Shown piece by piece: positions 48,802 through 58,755 of a DNA stretch of 64,000 nt. The notes beneath the pieces are model-generated. The model saw nothing but the letters and a program-made list of their open reading frames with translations, was not told the origin of the DNA and searched no databases. The DNA is from Minisyncoccota bacterium. GTDB taxonomy: Bacteria > Patescibacteriota > Minisyncoccia > Phycocordibacterales > SW-6-46-9. The translations under genes and the position numbers were made by a program. Where the stretch lies: the NCBI GenBank assembly GCA_040905385.1, contig JBBDRP010000002.1, positions 21,337-85,336 on the forward strand, written 5' to 3'. Each line of letters begins with the position of its first letter. Position 1 is the stretch's first letter.

Positions 48802-49059
48802 ATGGAGATTCCAATTGATAAAATTCTGCAGAAGTACACACTGTCTGCACCAGATCGTACAGTTCATAAGAAGGTTATAGAGACGATTAAAGTAGTAGTT
48901 GGAGTAGATGTACCACTTGAGGCGGTAATGTATCAGAATGGAAGAATACACGTGGATACATCACCACTCTTGCGGTCACAGATACATATTCATAAAGAAG
49001 AAATCCTCAAGCTTCTCAAAGAGAAGCTTGAGGGTAAAAAAATCAAGGACGTTCGTTAA
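48802..49059 (+). CDS. DUF721/DciA-like small protein
   Basis: 85 aa; position directly after dnaN; C-terminal ...LEAVMYQNGRIHVDTSPLLRSQIHIHKEEILKLLKEKL fits the DUF721 pattern. Tentative. Confidence 0.45.
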   Translation: MEIPIDKILQKYTLSAPDRTVHKKVIETIKVVVGVDVPLEAVMYQNGRIHVDTSPLLRSQIHIHKEEILKLLKEKLEGKKIKDVR

Positions 49060-49060
49060 A

Positions 49061-51508
49061 TTATCGTACCGAGAAGTTGTGATTTAAGGTTTCTTGCTCA
49101 CCTTCCTCATTTGTTCCTTGAATAGTTAGTACGTTACCATCACTATCACTAATATTATCTATATCACGTGGCATAAATGAAACTGAAAATGGCTGACTAT
49201 TATCAGTGTCAATCAGTTCATTGTTTACATAAAGCTCTAGTTTTTCAAGACGTCCGTTGTCCTCTGCCTCGATACGTACACGTTGGTTTTCTGTATAAGA
49301 TGGACGTAGATCAGTGGTGATTATGAGAATATCACCTTCTCCTTCTGAGTTGTCTGAATCATTTGACACACCATTACTATCGGCAATATCAGCATCAATT
49401 TCCTTAAATTCATCTCCTTCAATCCACTGACGCACCGAGTACTCCCAGTTTCTATACTGCCCATCACTCGTTGGATTAGAGGGGATTGGTCCACGAGGAC
49501 TCCTTTTATCTACCCAATGAAGAATATTATGGACTCCACCTATTAATCCTCCTTCTTCGTTAAAGTATCCTCCCTGCCATTGTCCTTGCAAGATAGGTTT
49601 TAGATTTTCTATATTTTCTCTATTTGGAGATCTAAAATATTCATCATCTCCCATTTTCTCAAGAGCGATCTGCATGAACTCCTGCCACATCGGCGCCACC
49701 ACAAACCCAGCCACCTCGCCATTAACCGGTGTATTGTCGTTATTACCTGACCAGATACCAACTGATACAGTTGGGCTGTAACCAACCGTCCAGAGGTCAA
49801 GAAAGTTATTAGTGGTACCGGTTTTTGCGGCTACATCACTGCTGGGAAAGTGGAGTGGTGAGTTGGGGCCAAAGGATGGTGTGCGAGCTACATTATCTGA
49901 TAGAATATCGTTAATTAACTGAGCTGTATTACTAGATAGTACTTGTTCTGGATCTTCTTGAAACTCTTCTAATACATCTCCATCGATATTTTCTATGCGC
50001 ATAATTCCGGTGTGTGGATGGCGCACACCGTTATTACCAAATACTCCATACGCACTTGTGAGGTCCAGCAAGGTCACTTCACCGGATCCTAGTACAAGTG
50101 ATAATCCGTACTGATTAGTAGTATTATTAAGCGTAGAGATTCCCATATTTCTAGCCGTGTCCAGTGACTGCTCCATTCCGGCTAAATAAAAGGTCTTTAC
50201 AGCCGGAACATTAACTGATTGAGCTAGTGCATTACGTAAAGAAATTGGACCCCGAAAAGCCTCGTCGTAGTTTTCAGGAGAGAAGCAGCCATCTTCACTG
50301 TTTAATTGCGAGGCTGCACAATTAACTGAAAACTGTGTTGGTAGGTCAAAAACAACTGTACTTGGGGTATATCCACGATTAAACGCAGTAGCGTAAATAA
50401 ATGGCTTAAAGGATGAGCCTGGCTGCCGGGCGGCGGTGGCGGCATTGAAGTTTCCTTGAATTTCTTCATTCTCATAATCTCTGGAACCAACCATGGTGAT
50501 AATCTGACCTGTTTTTGGATCAATTGCTACCAGTGCGGCATTCGAGGCATTGAAACGTTGGTTATTCTGCTCTCCATACTCGGCCAAAATCTCCTCTGCC
50601 TGCTGCTGAAGCTCGTAATCTAAGGTTGTAATAACCTTAAGACCTTGGCGCTCAATACCACTGACACCGTACTGCTGCTCGAGATACTCACGGATAAAGA
50701 ACACAAAATGAGGAGCCCGGATAGAGGAACCGCTCTCATTTAGAAAGGTAATTTCATCAATCAATGCCTCTTGATACTCAGTCTCAGTAATAAAGCCATT
50801 GTTTCGCATCTCTCGTAGTACTTTATTCTTACGAATTTCTAACTGGTTCTGATTATTCCAGTAGTAGGTAGGGGCTTGTGGAAGAGCTGCTAAGTAAGAT
50901 GACTCAACGATGGATAGATCACTAGCTGCTTTACCAAAGTAGCGATCAGCGGCTTCCTCAGCGCCGTACACACGACCTCCATATGGAGTTTCGTTGAGAT
51001 ATATTTCCAGAATAGTGTCTTTATTAATTTGACTGTCAATTCGAATGGCGAGGATCCATTCTTTTAGTTTACGAGGAATGGTTTTTTCTGGGGTAAGAAG
51101 CGTATTTTTTACTACCTGCTGGGTAATGGTGGACCCTCCTTGTGCAAACTCAAGGCTGCGAAGATTAGTTATCATTGCTCGTAGAATAGCGCTTGGTTGA
51201 ATACCATGGTGATTATAAAAATTACTGTCCTCGATAGCGATGGTAGCGTCAATAAGGTTTTGTGATATATCTTCCAGTTTAACTCGGGTTCGTCGGACAT
51301 CTCTATTCAAATCGTACAGAACAATCTCTCCAGTTCGATCGTATATTTTAGTTGACTGCTGTACCTGACGATTGGTAAAGGAGTCAAAGTCAGGAATGTT
51401 AAAGGTTGATACCCAGATAAAACCAACCCCGGCCAGAATAATGGAACCAATCAGGAAGATTTTTCCAGCTCCCCACAAAAAACCTTTAGTTTTAGCAAAT
51501 TTTGACAT
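49061..51508 (-). CDS. penicillin-binding protein 1A (bifunctional glycosyltransferase/transpeptidase)
   Basis: N-terminal TM helix, a GT51 motif (EDSNFYNHHGI), and a transpeptidase SxxK (SSFKPF). Confidence 0.85.
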   Translation of the reverse strand: MSKFAKTKGFLWGAGKIFLIGSIILAGVGFIWVSTFNIPDFDSFTNRQVQQSTKIYDRTGEIVLYDLNRDVRRTRVKLEDISQNLIDATIAIEDSNFYNHHGIQPSAILRAMITNLRSLEFAQGGSTITQQVVKNTLLTPEKTIPRKLKEWILAIRIDSQINKDTILEIYLNETPYGGRVYGAEEAADRYFGKAASDLSIVESSYLAALPQAPTYYWNNQNQLEIRKNKVLREMRNNGFITETEYQEALIDEITFLNESGSSIRAPHFVFFIREYLEQQYGVSGIERQGLKVITTLDYELQQQAEEILAEYGEQNNQRFNASNAALVAIDPKTGQIITMVGSRDYENEEIQGNFNAATAARQPGSSFKPFIYATAFNRGYTPSTVVFDLPTQFSVNCAASQLNSEDGCFSPENYDEAFRGPISLRNALAQSVNVPAVKTFYLAGMEQSLDTARNMGISTLNNTTNQYGLSLVLGSGEVTLLDLTSAYGVFGNNGVRHPHTGIMRIENIDGDVLEEFQEDPEQVLSSNTAQLINDILSDNVARTPSFGPNSPLHFPSSDVAAKTGTTNNFLDLWTVGYSPTVSVGIWSGNNDNTPVNGEVAGFVVAPMWQEFMQIALEKMGDDEYFRSPNRENIENLKPILQGQWQGGYFNEEGGLIGGVHNILHWVDKRSPRGPIPSNPTSDGQYRNWEYSVRQWIEGDEFKEIDADIADSNGVSNDSDNSEGEGDILIITTDLRPSYTENQRVRIEAEDNGRLEKLELYVNNELIDTDNSQPFSVSFMPRDIDNISDSDGNVLTIQGTNEEGEQETLNHNFSVR

Positions 51509-51579
51509 ATAATCAAGCTATTCTCGATAATTAAGCGTACGCGTCTTCATAAAGACCGTCAATAGTGTAAGCTGACAGT

Positions 51580-52794
51580 ATGTCAATTATAACTGATGAG
51601 AAAAAAATAGCCGAAATACTGGAACGATCGGTGGATACCATCTATCCAGACAAGGAATCTCTAAAGGAGCGGATGATGAGTGGGGAGCTGTTACGGATTT
51701 ATGCTGGAGTTGATGCTACCGGACCGCGTCTCCATCTTGGTCACGCTATCAATTACCTTATGCTGAAGCGATTTCACCAGCTGGGACACAAGGTAATAAT
51801 TTTAATTGGTGATTTTACCGCTACAATTGGTGATCCTTCAGACAAGACCTCGGCTCGAAATCGACTTACTAAAAAGGAAGTACAAAAAAATTTTCAAGAA
51901 TTCAAGGATCAGATTGGGAAGATTATAGATCTTAAAAATACAGATAATCCTGTAGAATTTCGTTTTAATAGTGAATGGCTGGCAGAACTATCCTTTTCTG
52001 ACGTGGTTGATCTGGCAAGTAATTTTACGGTACAACAAATGATTGAACGGGACGTTTTTCGTCGCCGTCTAGATGATGAAAAACCACTTTATGTTCATGA
52101 GTTTTTCTATCCGTTGATGCAGGGGTACGACACGGTAGCGCTGGAAGCAGATGTTGAGATTGGCGGTACTGATCAGACCTTTAACATGCTGGCCGGCCGT
52201 ACCTTGCGAAAGCGTATGGAGGGAAAAGAGAAGTTTGTGATTACCCATCCATTGCTTGAGGATCCAAATACCGGTGAGATGCTGATGAGTAAATCCGAAG
52301 GTCGTGGTGTTTTTCTAGATGATGAGCCGGCGGAAATGTTTGCGCAGGTGATGCGGATTCCCGATAGTGGCATTGTTCAGTTTCTTACCCACTGTACAGA
52401 TGTTTCTCTTGACGTAATCTCTGAGAAGGAGAGGCAGCTGTCGGCTGGTGAGAATCCACGTGATGTAAAGCTGGCTCTGGCTGAAGAGATTGTGACACTT
52501 CTACATGATAAAGATGCGGCAAAAGAGGCGAAAAATAGCTTTATATCGACATTTTCTGACAATGATATTCCTAAGGATATCCAAGAGATTGCGGCTGGTA
52601 GTGGTGATCAGTTAATTGATCTCTTGAACGAAGCCGAGATAGTGCCAAGTAAAACCCAGTTCCGCCGTCTGGTGGAGCAGGGAGCAATCACGAACCTAGA
52701 CACTGATGAGAAGGTGGTGGATCCAAACCTGGAAGTCACCAAAACAACTAACTTCAAGATTGGTAAACACCGCTTTGTAAAAGTTGTGGTGTAA
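51580..52794 (+). CDS. tyrS: tyrosine--tRNA ligase
   Basis: HLGH (HIGH motif), LMSKS (KMSKS motif), and a C-terminal S4-like domain. Confidence 0.85.
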   Translation: MSIITDEKKIAEILERSVDTIYPDKESLKERMMSGELLRIYAGVDATGPRLHLGHAINYLMLKRFHQLGHKVIILIGDFTATIGDPSDKTSARNRLTKKEVQKNFQEFKDQIGKIIDLKNTDNPVEFRFNSEWLAELSFSDVVDLASNFTVQQMIERDVFRRRLDDEKPLYVHEFFYPLMQGYDTVALEADVEIGGTDQTFNMLAGRTLRKRMEGKEKFVITHPLLEDPNTGEMLMSKSEGRGVFLDDEPAEMFAQVMRIPDSGIVQFLTHCTDVSLDVISEKERQLSAGENPRDVKLALAEEIVTLLHDKDAAKEAKNSFISTFSDNDIPKDIQEIAAGSGDQLIDLLNEAEIVPSKTQFRRLVEQGAITNLDTDEKVVDPNLEVTKTTNFKIGKHRFVKVVV

Positions 52795-52799
52795 AGGAC

Positions 52800-53050
52800 G
52801 TTCACATCCAGCTACTCGCTTAGCATGAGTCAAGCTCTCCGCTCCCCAGCACTTTACGAGTAAAGTGCTGGGTGCGCGAGGCACGCGAGAAGCAGATGTT
52901 CACTTTAAGGAAACTGTGCAACACTTAGTGTTGCACAGTTAAAAAAGCGCTAGATAAAGCGAGCGCTTCGACTTGCGGAGTGCTCGCGGCTTTCATTAGG
53001 TTGTATACTTATCTCTCGAAAAACCAGAAAGTTCAAGCACTTGAATGAAC
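52800..53050 (+). ncRNA. hairpin-dense non-coding region (candidate structured RNA or palindromic repeat cluster)
   Basis: Two perfect 12-bp stem-loops (52845-52872 CCCAGCACTTTA/TAAAGTGCTGGG; 52913-52939 ACTGTGCAACAC/GTGTTGCACAGT), plus 52945-52968 and 53032-53045. No recognisable tmRNA, RNase P or SRP motifs. Confidence 0.25.
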
Positions 53051-53051
53051 A

Positions 53052-53131
53052 CCCGACATCTTTTTTTGTATACAAAAAAAGAACGGTTGTGTGAATTTAT
53101 GTCCGAATTTTGCATGTCAAAATTCCTGGAC
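53052..53131 (+). repeat. structured intergenic element family A, copy 3
   Basis: CCCGACATC, hairpin, GAACGGTTGTGTGAATTTATGTCCGAAT, hairpin, ATTCCTGGAC. Confidence 0.7.
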
Positions 53132-53176
53132 CAAGTCGGCACTTTTTTATAAAATTACAAAACGCAATAGATGTAT

Positions 53177-53647
53177 TCATCCTTCATGTGCCAGGCAGGT
53201 GATACCAACCGCAACGGCATCGTACTCATCATCGTGTTTTGCATCACCCCGAACATCAACTAATTGTGTAACCATCTGAATCATTTGCTCTTTAGGACTT
53301 TTTCCATATCCAGTCACAGCGGTCTTTATTTCCTGTGGAGCGTATTCATAAACTGCTATTCCGGCTGCTTTGGCGGTCAGTATAATACCTCCCTTCACCT
53401 GGGCTACCTTCATGGCAGTAGTGGTATTCTGGTTAAAGAAGAGTTTCTCAATTGCTAATCCGTCTGGATCGTGTTTCTCAATCACATCGGCCACGAAGTT
53501 ACAGATCTGGAGCAGTCGATCGGTAAAATCAGTACCGCTTTGGGTTTCTATACAGTCGGAGAACTCACAGGTTTGTTTTACGGCGTTTCCAGAAAGCACA
53601 GCGATTCCGCAGCGACCGTATCCTGGATCGATTGAGACTATTTTCAT
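53177..53647 (-). CDS. ruvC: crossover junction endodeoxyribonuclease RuvC
   Basis: MKIVSIDPGYGRCGIAVL and downstream catalytic acidic residues. Confidence 0.85.
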   Translation of the reverse strand: MKIVSIDPGYGRCGIAVLSGNAVKQTCEFSDCIETQSGTDFTDRLLQICNFVADVIEKHDPDGLAIEKLFFNQNTTTAMKVAQVKGGIILTAKAAGIAVYEYAPQEIKTAVTGYGKSPKEQMIQMVTQLVDVRGDAKHDDEYDAVAVGITCLAHEG

Positions 53648-53662
53648 AAAGCAAGTAAGAAA

Positions 53663-54205
53663 TTAGGCAGCATTCGTAAAGACCGTTCGTACTTCTTCAT
53701 TATCTTCGAGTTCGTCTAAGATTTTGTTGAGCTTTTCGTTGCTCTCATCATCAAGCTCAATTTTGTTTTGTGGTGTCCAGCGTCGGTAGCCGTCACCATC
53801 ACGACTCTTCTCAAAGGCCCAAACCACAGCACCGGGCTTAGCCAGCTCAATCCCGTGCTCGGACAGAATATGACGAATCTCGGCGGCTGATTTATTGCGG
53901 TTGCTGGTTTCGGATTCAATAATGATCTGACTGCCACCTGGTCCGTAGGATTCATAGGTTATTTCTTGCGATCCTTCGGCGGCGGTTGTGGCGCGTTCGA
54001 TGGCATCCTGAATGTTGTCCTTGGGCATGTTGGCATCCTTGGCTTCAGCGATTGCCTGTTGTAATCCCGGGTCATTCATATCACCTTTGCAGCGCTTTGC
54101 TTCAGTTTGAATTTGATCAACAAGCTTGGAGAAGACCTTGCTTCGCTCCTTATCCTTTTTCTCCTTCTTTCTTTTTATTTTTGACCATTTATTGTGTCCA
54201 GACAT
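53663..54205 (-). CDS. yebC: YebC/PmpR-family transcriptional regulator
   Basis: MSGHNKWSKIKRKK start and a YebC-like body. The ORF-track start at 54259 is probably too long. Confidence 0.8.
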   Translation of the reverse strand: MSGHNKWSKIKRKKEKKDKERSKVFSKLVDQIQTEAKRCKGDMNDPGLQQAIAEAKDANMPKDNIQDAIERATTAAEGSQEITYESYGPGGSQIIIESETSNRNKSAAEIRHILSEHGIELAKPGAVVWAFEKSRDGDGYRRWTPQNKIELDDESNEKLNKILDELEDNEEVRTVFTNAA

Positions 54206-54467
54206 GATTAAATGATTGATTATTTTATGAATGATGGTGAAATAAAATATCACCATCATTTAATTACCCAGCTTGGTTTTTGTAGTGAGTTTGAACTTAC
54301 CAGTTATGGTAAATTTTGTTGGTTTATGTAAAAAGTAAGATAAATGTAAAGTAACAAAAGCGGAGCTGTGGTGACTTTTATACTATCACAAACCTACCGG
54401 TGTTTATATAAAAAAACCGCACAACACTTACTAGTGCTGTACGATTTAATGTTAAAAGTTAAGATTA

Positions 54468-55004
54468 TTATTTAGAAGCAAAAATCTTGCCTGCAATCTC
54501 GAGGATCTTTTTGGGGACTGTTTCTTCTTTTTCAAAACCATCCTCATGTTCTTCCTCATAACTAACGGATGGTTTTATGGATCTGTTTCTGATAGCAAAA
54601 TAAATATTTCGCATATCTTCGATATTTCCTCCCAGCATAGATAAGACATAGTACCTATTCAGGCTGCCTCCTTCCCGCACATACCTTTTTTTAACCTCGG
54701 CTCTCGCTGATTGGTGGTGGTATACCCCTCGCTCAATAGATGGTAATGAAGGTATATCTTCTTCTCGGAAAGATATAATTTTCACAACATCAGAAATCAC
54801 ATTAGGAATATCTTCCATAAGCACACTTGCTGCACTTTTAAAAAGATAGTGATCACCCGTATTTGTATCAATCCTTAAATTGATACCAGGTATCTCATAC
54901 TTAGCCCAGTCTGAGCCCGTGGAGTTTTCTGGGATGTTCTCAGATGTTGCTAACTCCATTTCTTTGAGTTTTTCGGAGTCGAGATATATGTGTAATGTAG
55001 CCAT
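54468..55004 (-). CDS. hypothetical protein (AT-rich insert between yebC and ruvB)
   Basis: 178 aa with no recognised motif. Sits where ruvA would usually be, but has no HhH/GIGxK motifs. Confidence 0.45.
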   Translation of the reverse strand: MATLHIYLDSEKLKEMELATSENIPENSTGSDWAKYEIPGINLRIDTNTGDHYLFKSAASVLMEDIPNVISDVVKIISFREEDIPSLPSIERGVYHHQSARAEVKKRYVREGGSLNRYYVLSMLGGNIEDMRNIYFAIRNRSIKPSVSYEEEHEDGFEKEETVPKKILEIAGKIFASK

Positions 55005-55231
55005 TGTTTCTCCTTTTTTTGCGTTGTCAAAGTTATGCTGGATCTTTTAGATCTAAGCGTTTTCGATCAACTATTGGATTTTGAAATATATGTCGGCTTT
55101 TCCGACGAATCTGACTATATTTATACACTCTTTATATTATATTGTCAAGTACAAGATTACTTTTTCTATAAAAACAACAAAAACGTCAATATTGGCGTTT
55201 TATTCGTTATATGCTACACGATGCATATTTC

Positions 55232-56236
55232 CTACAACCCCAACTCCTTATTCTCCGGTACATCGTACCCGAGGTGTTTGTGCGCTCGTGGAGTGGCAAC
55301 GCGGCCGCGAGAGGTGCGCTCCAGAAACCCTTCACGCATTAGATACGGCTCATACACCTCCTCGATGGTGCTGGGGTCCTCGGCAATCGCTGCGGCCAGG
55401 GTTTTGACCCCAACCGGGCCACCAGAGAATTTATCAATGATTGTCTCCAGGACACGGCGATCATCATCGCCGAGCCCTTTCTCATCTATTGCTAGAAGAT
55501 TCAGCGCCTCCTGAGCGCTTTTCTTGGTTAGCGCGGTGCCATTAACCTGGGCGTAATCACGACAGCGCTTCAGGAAGTAGTTGGCGGTTCGTGGAGTGTA
55601 GCGACTGCGCTGGGCAATCTCTTCCAGGGCTTCTTCATCAGCTTCCAGATCCAGAATATCGGCCGAGCGGGTGAGGATCTGCTTGATCTCTTCAGGAGTA
55701 TAGAAGTCCAGACGAAAAACACCACCCGAGAAGCGACTGCGGAGTGGAGAGGAGACCTGGGCTGCCTGGGTCGTGGCAGCCACCATGGTAAATGGCGGCA
55801 GATCCAGCTGAATCGTACGCGCCGACGGGCCCTTACCGATTACGATATCAAGCTGGCCGCTCTCCATGGCTGGGTAAAGAATCTCTTCGATGGCGGTATT
55901 TAGCCGGTGGATTTCATCAATAAAGAGAATGTCGTGATCAGATAGATTCGTGATGATGGAGGCGAGATCACCAACCTTCTCAATTGCTGGACCACTGGTG
56001 ACCCGGAGCTGTGCGCCGACCTCATTGGCAATTAGGTGGGCGAGGGTGGTTTTTCCCAGCCCGGGTGGGCCATGAAAAAGAATGTGCTCCGGCGCATGTC
56101 CGCGCTCCTTGGCGGCTCGAAGCAGGATCTGCAGATTATCCTTGGTCTTCTGCTGGCCAATGTAGTGCTCCCACGTATTCGGCCGCAGGGTGGCATCGAG
56201 AAATGACTTATCAACGCTTTTACCCGGTGTTTTCAT
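55232..56236 (-). CDS. ruvB: Holliday junction branch migration ATPase RuvB
   Basis: GPPGLGKTTLA and DEIHRL. Confidence 0.9.
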   Translation of the reverse strand: MKTPGKSVDKSFLDATLRPNTWEHYIGQQKTKDNLQILLRAAKERGHAPEHILFHGPPGLGKTTLAHLIANEVGAQLRVTSGPAIEKVGDLASIITNLSDHDILFIDEIHRLNTAIEEILYPAMESGQLDIVIGKGPSARTIQLDLPPFTMVAATTQAAQVSSPLRSRFSGGVFRLDFYTPEEIKQILTRSADILDLEADEEALEEIAQRSRYTPRTANYFLKRCRDYAQVNGTALTKKSAQEALNLLAIDEKGLGDDDRRVLETIIDKFSGGPVGVKTLAAAIAEDPSTIEEVYEPYLMREGFLERTSRGRVATPRAHKHLGYDVPENKELGL

Positions 56237-56283
56237 ATACCTTCATTATACATAGAGACCGGCTGGACAGTCATTCTGATGGC

Positions 56284-57981
56284 TTACAGAACCAGATCAT
56301 CAATACTGTCATCAAGATCAACAACTCGTCTTAACTCACTGATGTCGGTGATTCCTCGGAGAACTTTTATGATTCCATCCTGAGCCATCGTGAGCAACTG
56401 CTGTTTTTTTGAGGTATGTTCGCGAATTTTTGGGTCGGATGGATTCTCCTGAACAAGTTGCGAGATAACATCATCGACAACAATGGCCTCAAAAACTCCA
56501 ATTCGACCCCGATACCCGGTGTCATTACACTCTGAGCAGCCAACAGCCTTGTACATAGATGTTGCAGACAAAGCGTCCTCATACTCATCTGGGTTAGGAA
56601 TATCCTTCGTTAGTGCATTGATAAGTGGTTTATTCTCTTCGTTTATCTTTATCTCTTGTTTGCAGTTATCGCAAAGGGTGCGAACCAATCGCTGCGCCAT
56701 CACAACATTAACTGATTGGCCGAGTAGATTTTCTTTGATACCAAGCTCGACAAGGCGAGGGAAGGTACCGGCTGCGTCGTTAGTGTGAAGGGTTGAGAGA
56801 ACGCGGTGTCCAGTAAGGCTGGCCTGTACCGCAGTCTTGGCTGTGTCAGTATCACGAATCTCACCAACCATGATAATGTCCGGGTCCTGACGCATGGCGG
56901 CCTTGAGACCGTCATGGAAGGTGTAGTCATCATCGGGGTCAACCTGCGTCTGTACAATTCCGTCCAGATGATACTCGACCGGATTTTCGATAGTGATGGT
57001 TTTTACACCCGGCTGATTTACCTCTTTGAGAAATGAGTACAGCGTGGTTGTTTTACCTGATCCGGTCGGTCCAGTATTTAAAACTAAGCCTTTTGGTCGG
57101 TTGATCTCGTGACGAATCAGGCGCAGAAAGTGTGGCTGCATACCCAGATTTTCCATAGTGATATCAAGTGCAGACTTACTTAGTACCCGCATTACAATTG
57201 CTTCTCCGTAGGTGCTGGGAACAACTGAGCTTCTGACTTCGGTGTCATTTCCTTCTACACGAATACTAAAACGCCCATCCTGTGCCTCATCCTTAATATT
57301 TAATTTCATCCCAGAAAGCAGCTTTATTCGTGAAAGGAGAAGATTATAGGTTCGCTCTGGTATTGAATGTATTTTTTGCAGCACACCATCAATTCGCATA
57401 CGAATAGCCCGCTCTTTTTCTCCGGCTTCAATATGAATATCCGATGCCTTCATCGCAATTGCAGCTGCCACGACTGCCTCTACCATCTCGGTTGTGTCCT
57501 TAGATGTCTCGAGGGTTTCAGTTATAAAATCAATCGCTTCTTTTCTGCTTGGATTTGATTCCAATAGGGCGGAGGCAGCATTTTCCGAGAAACTCACCTT
57601 ACCGGCATCGCTGCGTTCGGCTTTGGAGACATCGGCGTAGTAGCCGAAGGCTTTTTGTAAGCTGGTAGATGATGCCACAAAAATCTGGGTTTCATACCCA
57701 GATTTCTGTAGCTGGTACACAATCGATTGAACACCATCAGCATCCGGCTCGTGGGCGGCAATTTGAAGCCTTTTGTCGACGCGTCCAAAAACAGCCATGT
57801 TGGCAGCTCGGGCTGTTTCTTCATCAACAAGTAAGAGTGCGTCGGTATCAATTGATATACCGGTGAGATCGACATATGAATAGTCACTTTGAGCAGCCTT
57901 CTGCTGGGCAAGGTACTCCTCCTCCTTTTTCCGGAAGGTAGCAAGCTTTTTCTTTTGATCGGTTTCGTTAAAAAGGACCAT
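56284..57981 (-). CDS. pilB: type IV pilus assembly / type II secretion ATPase (PilB/GspE family)
   Basis: Walker A (GPTGSGKTTT) and a tetracysteine motif (CDNCK...CSECNDTGYRGRIGVFE). Confidence 0.85.
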   Translation of the reverse strand: MVLFNETDQKKKLATFRKKEEEYLAQQKAAQSDYSYVDLTGISIDTDALLLVDEETARAANMAVFGRVDKRLQIAAHEPDADGVQSIVYQLQKSGYETQIFVASSTSLQKAFGYYADVSKAERSDAGKVSFSENAASALLESNPSRKEAIDFITETLETSKDTTEMVEAVVAAAIAMKASDIHIEAGEKERAIRMRIDGVLQKIHSIPERTYNLLLSRIKLLSGMKLNIKDEAQDGRFSIRVEGNDTEVRSSVVPSTYGEAIVMRVLSKSALDITMENLGMQPHFLRLIRHEINRPKGLVLNTGPTGSGKTTTLYSFLKEVNQPGVKTITIENPVEYHLDGIVQTQVDPDDDYTFHDGLKAAMRQDPDIIMVGEIRDTDTAKTAVQASLTGHRVLSTLHTNDAAGTFPRLVELGIKENLLGQSVNVVMAQRLVRTLCDNCKQEIKINEENKPLINALTKDIPNPDEYEDALSATSMYKAVGCSECNDTGYRGRIGVFEAIVVDDVISQLVQENPSDPKIREHTSKKQQLLTMAQDGIIKVLRGITDISELRRVVDLDDSIDDLVL

Positions 57982-58232
57982 TATATCTACATGATACCCG
58001 CATCCTCCGTTTCAATCCAATTTCTAACAAAAGTAAGCAATTAAAATTTTAAAATCGCTTATTCTGGCTAAATCTATGTTTTTGCATTAAATATAGCCCT
58101 AATAATAGGGATATATTTAAAAATTACAGAATAAGCGATTTACTGCAAATAAGTACTTGACAAATAATTTATATGTTGTAATATACACTCAGACTTAAAA
58201 AACAAATAACCAACAAATTCCGAGGTACTGCT

Positions 58233-58628
58233 ATGAAAATTCAATCTCTGTTACGTTTAGCCCTCCTGACGATCCTTTTAGCAGCTATCAATACCAGCTG
58301 CGTAGATTTTCGAGCTGTTGTAGCCAGTAGTGCAGGAGATGCCTGTATACGAGTTCCTAACTACATCAGTCCAGAGTATGAACTTCACGTTCGTACAGGA
58401 ATATCCTCGATGAAACAAATCGAGTACCAGGAATCGAAAACTTTCTACATTCCGGTGAAGGAAAATAGTAATTATGCGCGAACCGATCTCTCAGCGATGG
58501 TTGTTGATAAAGCTACCAACCGAACTGTCAACTCCCACAAAGAAGAAGTCAGTTTTAGAAAAAGAGATGTTGGTTGTGCAATAATTCAGATATCAAATCC
58601 AGATGAAATTAGATTCGATATTGAGTAA
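58233..58628 (+). CDS. hypothetical secreted protein
   Basis: Signal peptide MKIQSLLRLALLTILLAAINTSC. Confidence 0.45.
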   Translation: MKIQSLLRLALLTILLAAINTSCVDFRAVVASSAGDACIRVPNYISPEYELHVRTGISSMKQIEYQESKTFYIPVKENSNYARTDLSAMVVDKATNRTVNSHKEEVSFRKRDVGCAIIQISNPDEIRFDIE

Positions 58629-58655
58629 AAAATGTTCCTTAAACTAAAATTCACA

Positions 58656-58690
58656 AAAACCACCACGTTATACGTGGTGGTTTTTTTTAT
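58656..58690 (+). terminator. rho-independent terminator
   Basis: AAACCACCACG-TTATA-CGTGGTGGTTT followed by a T9 run. Confidence 0.6.
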
Positions 58691-58755
58691 TTACAAACAG
58701 GAAAAAGTTGGTATAATCATGTTAGTTTCATTGAAAATTCAAACAAAACCAAAAG

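Noticed and set aside
54468-55004. Divergent RuvA encoded by the 178-aa orphan.
   Set aside because: No HhH, GIGxK or OB-fold-like sequence features. Kept as a hypothetical protein.
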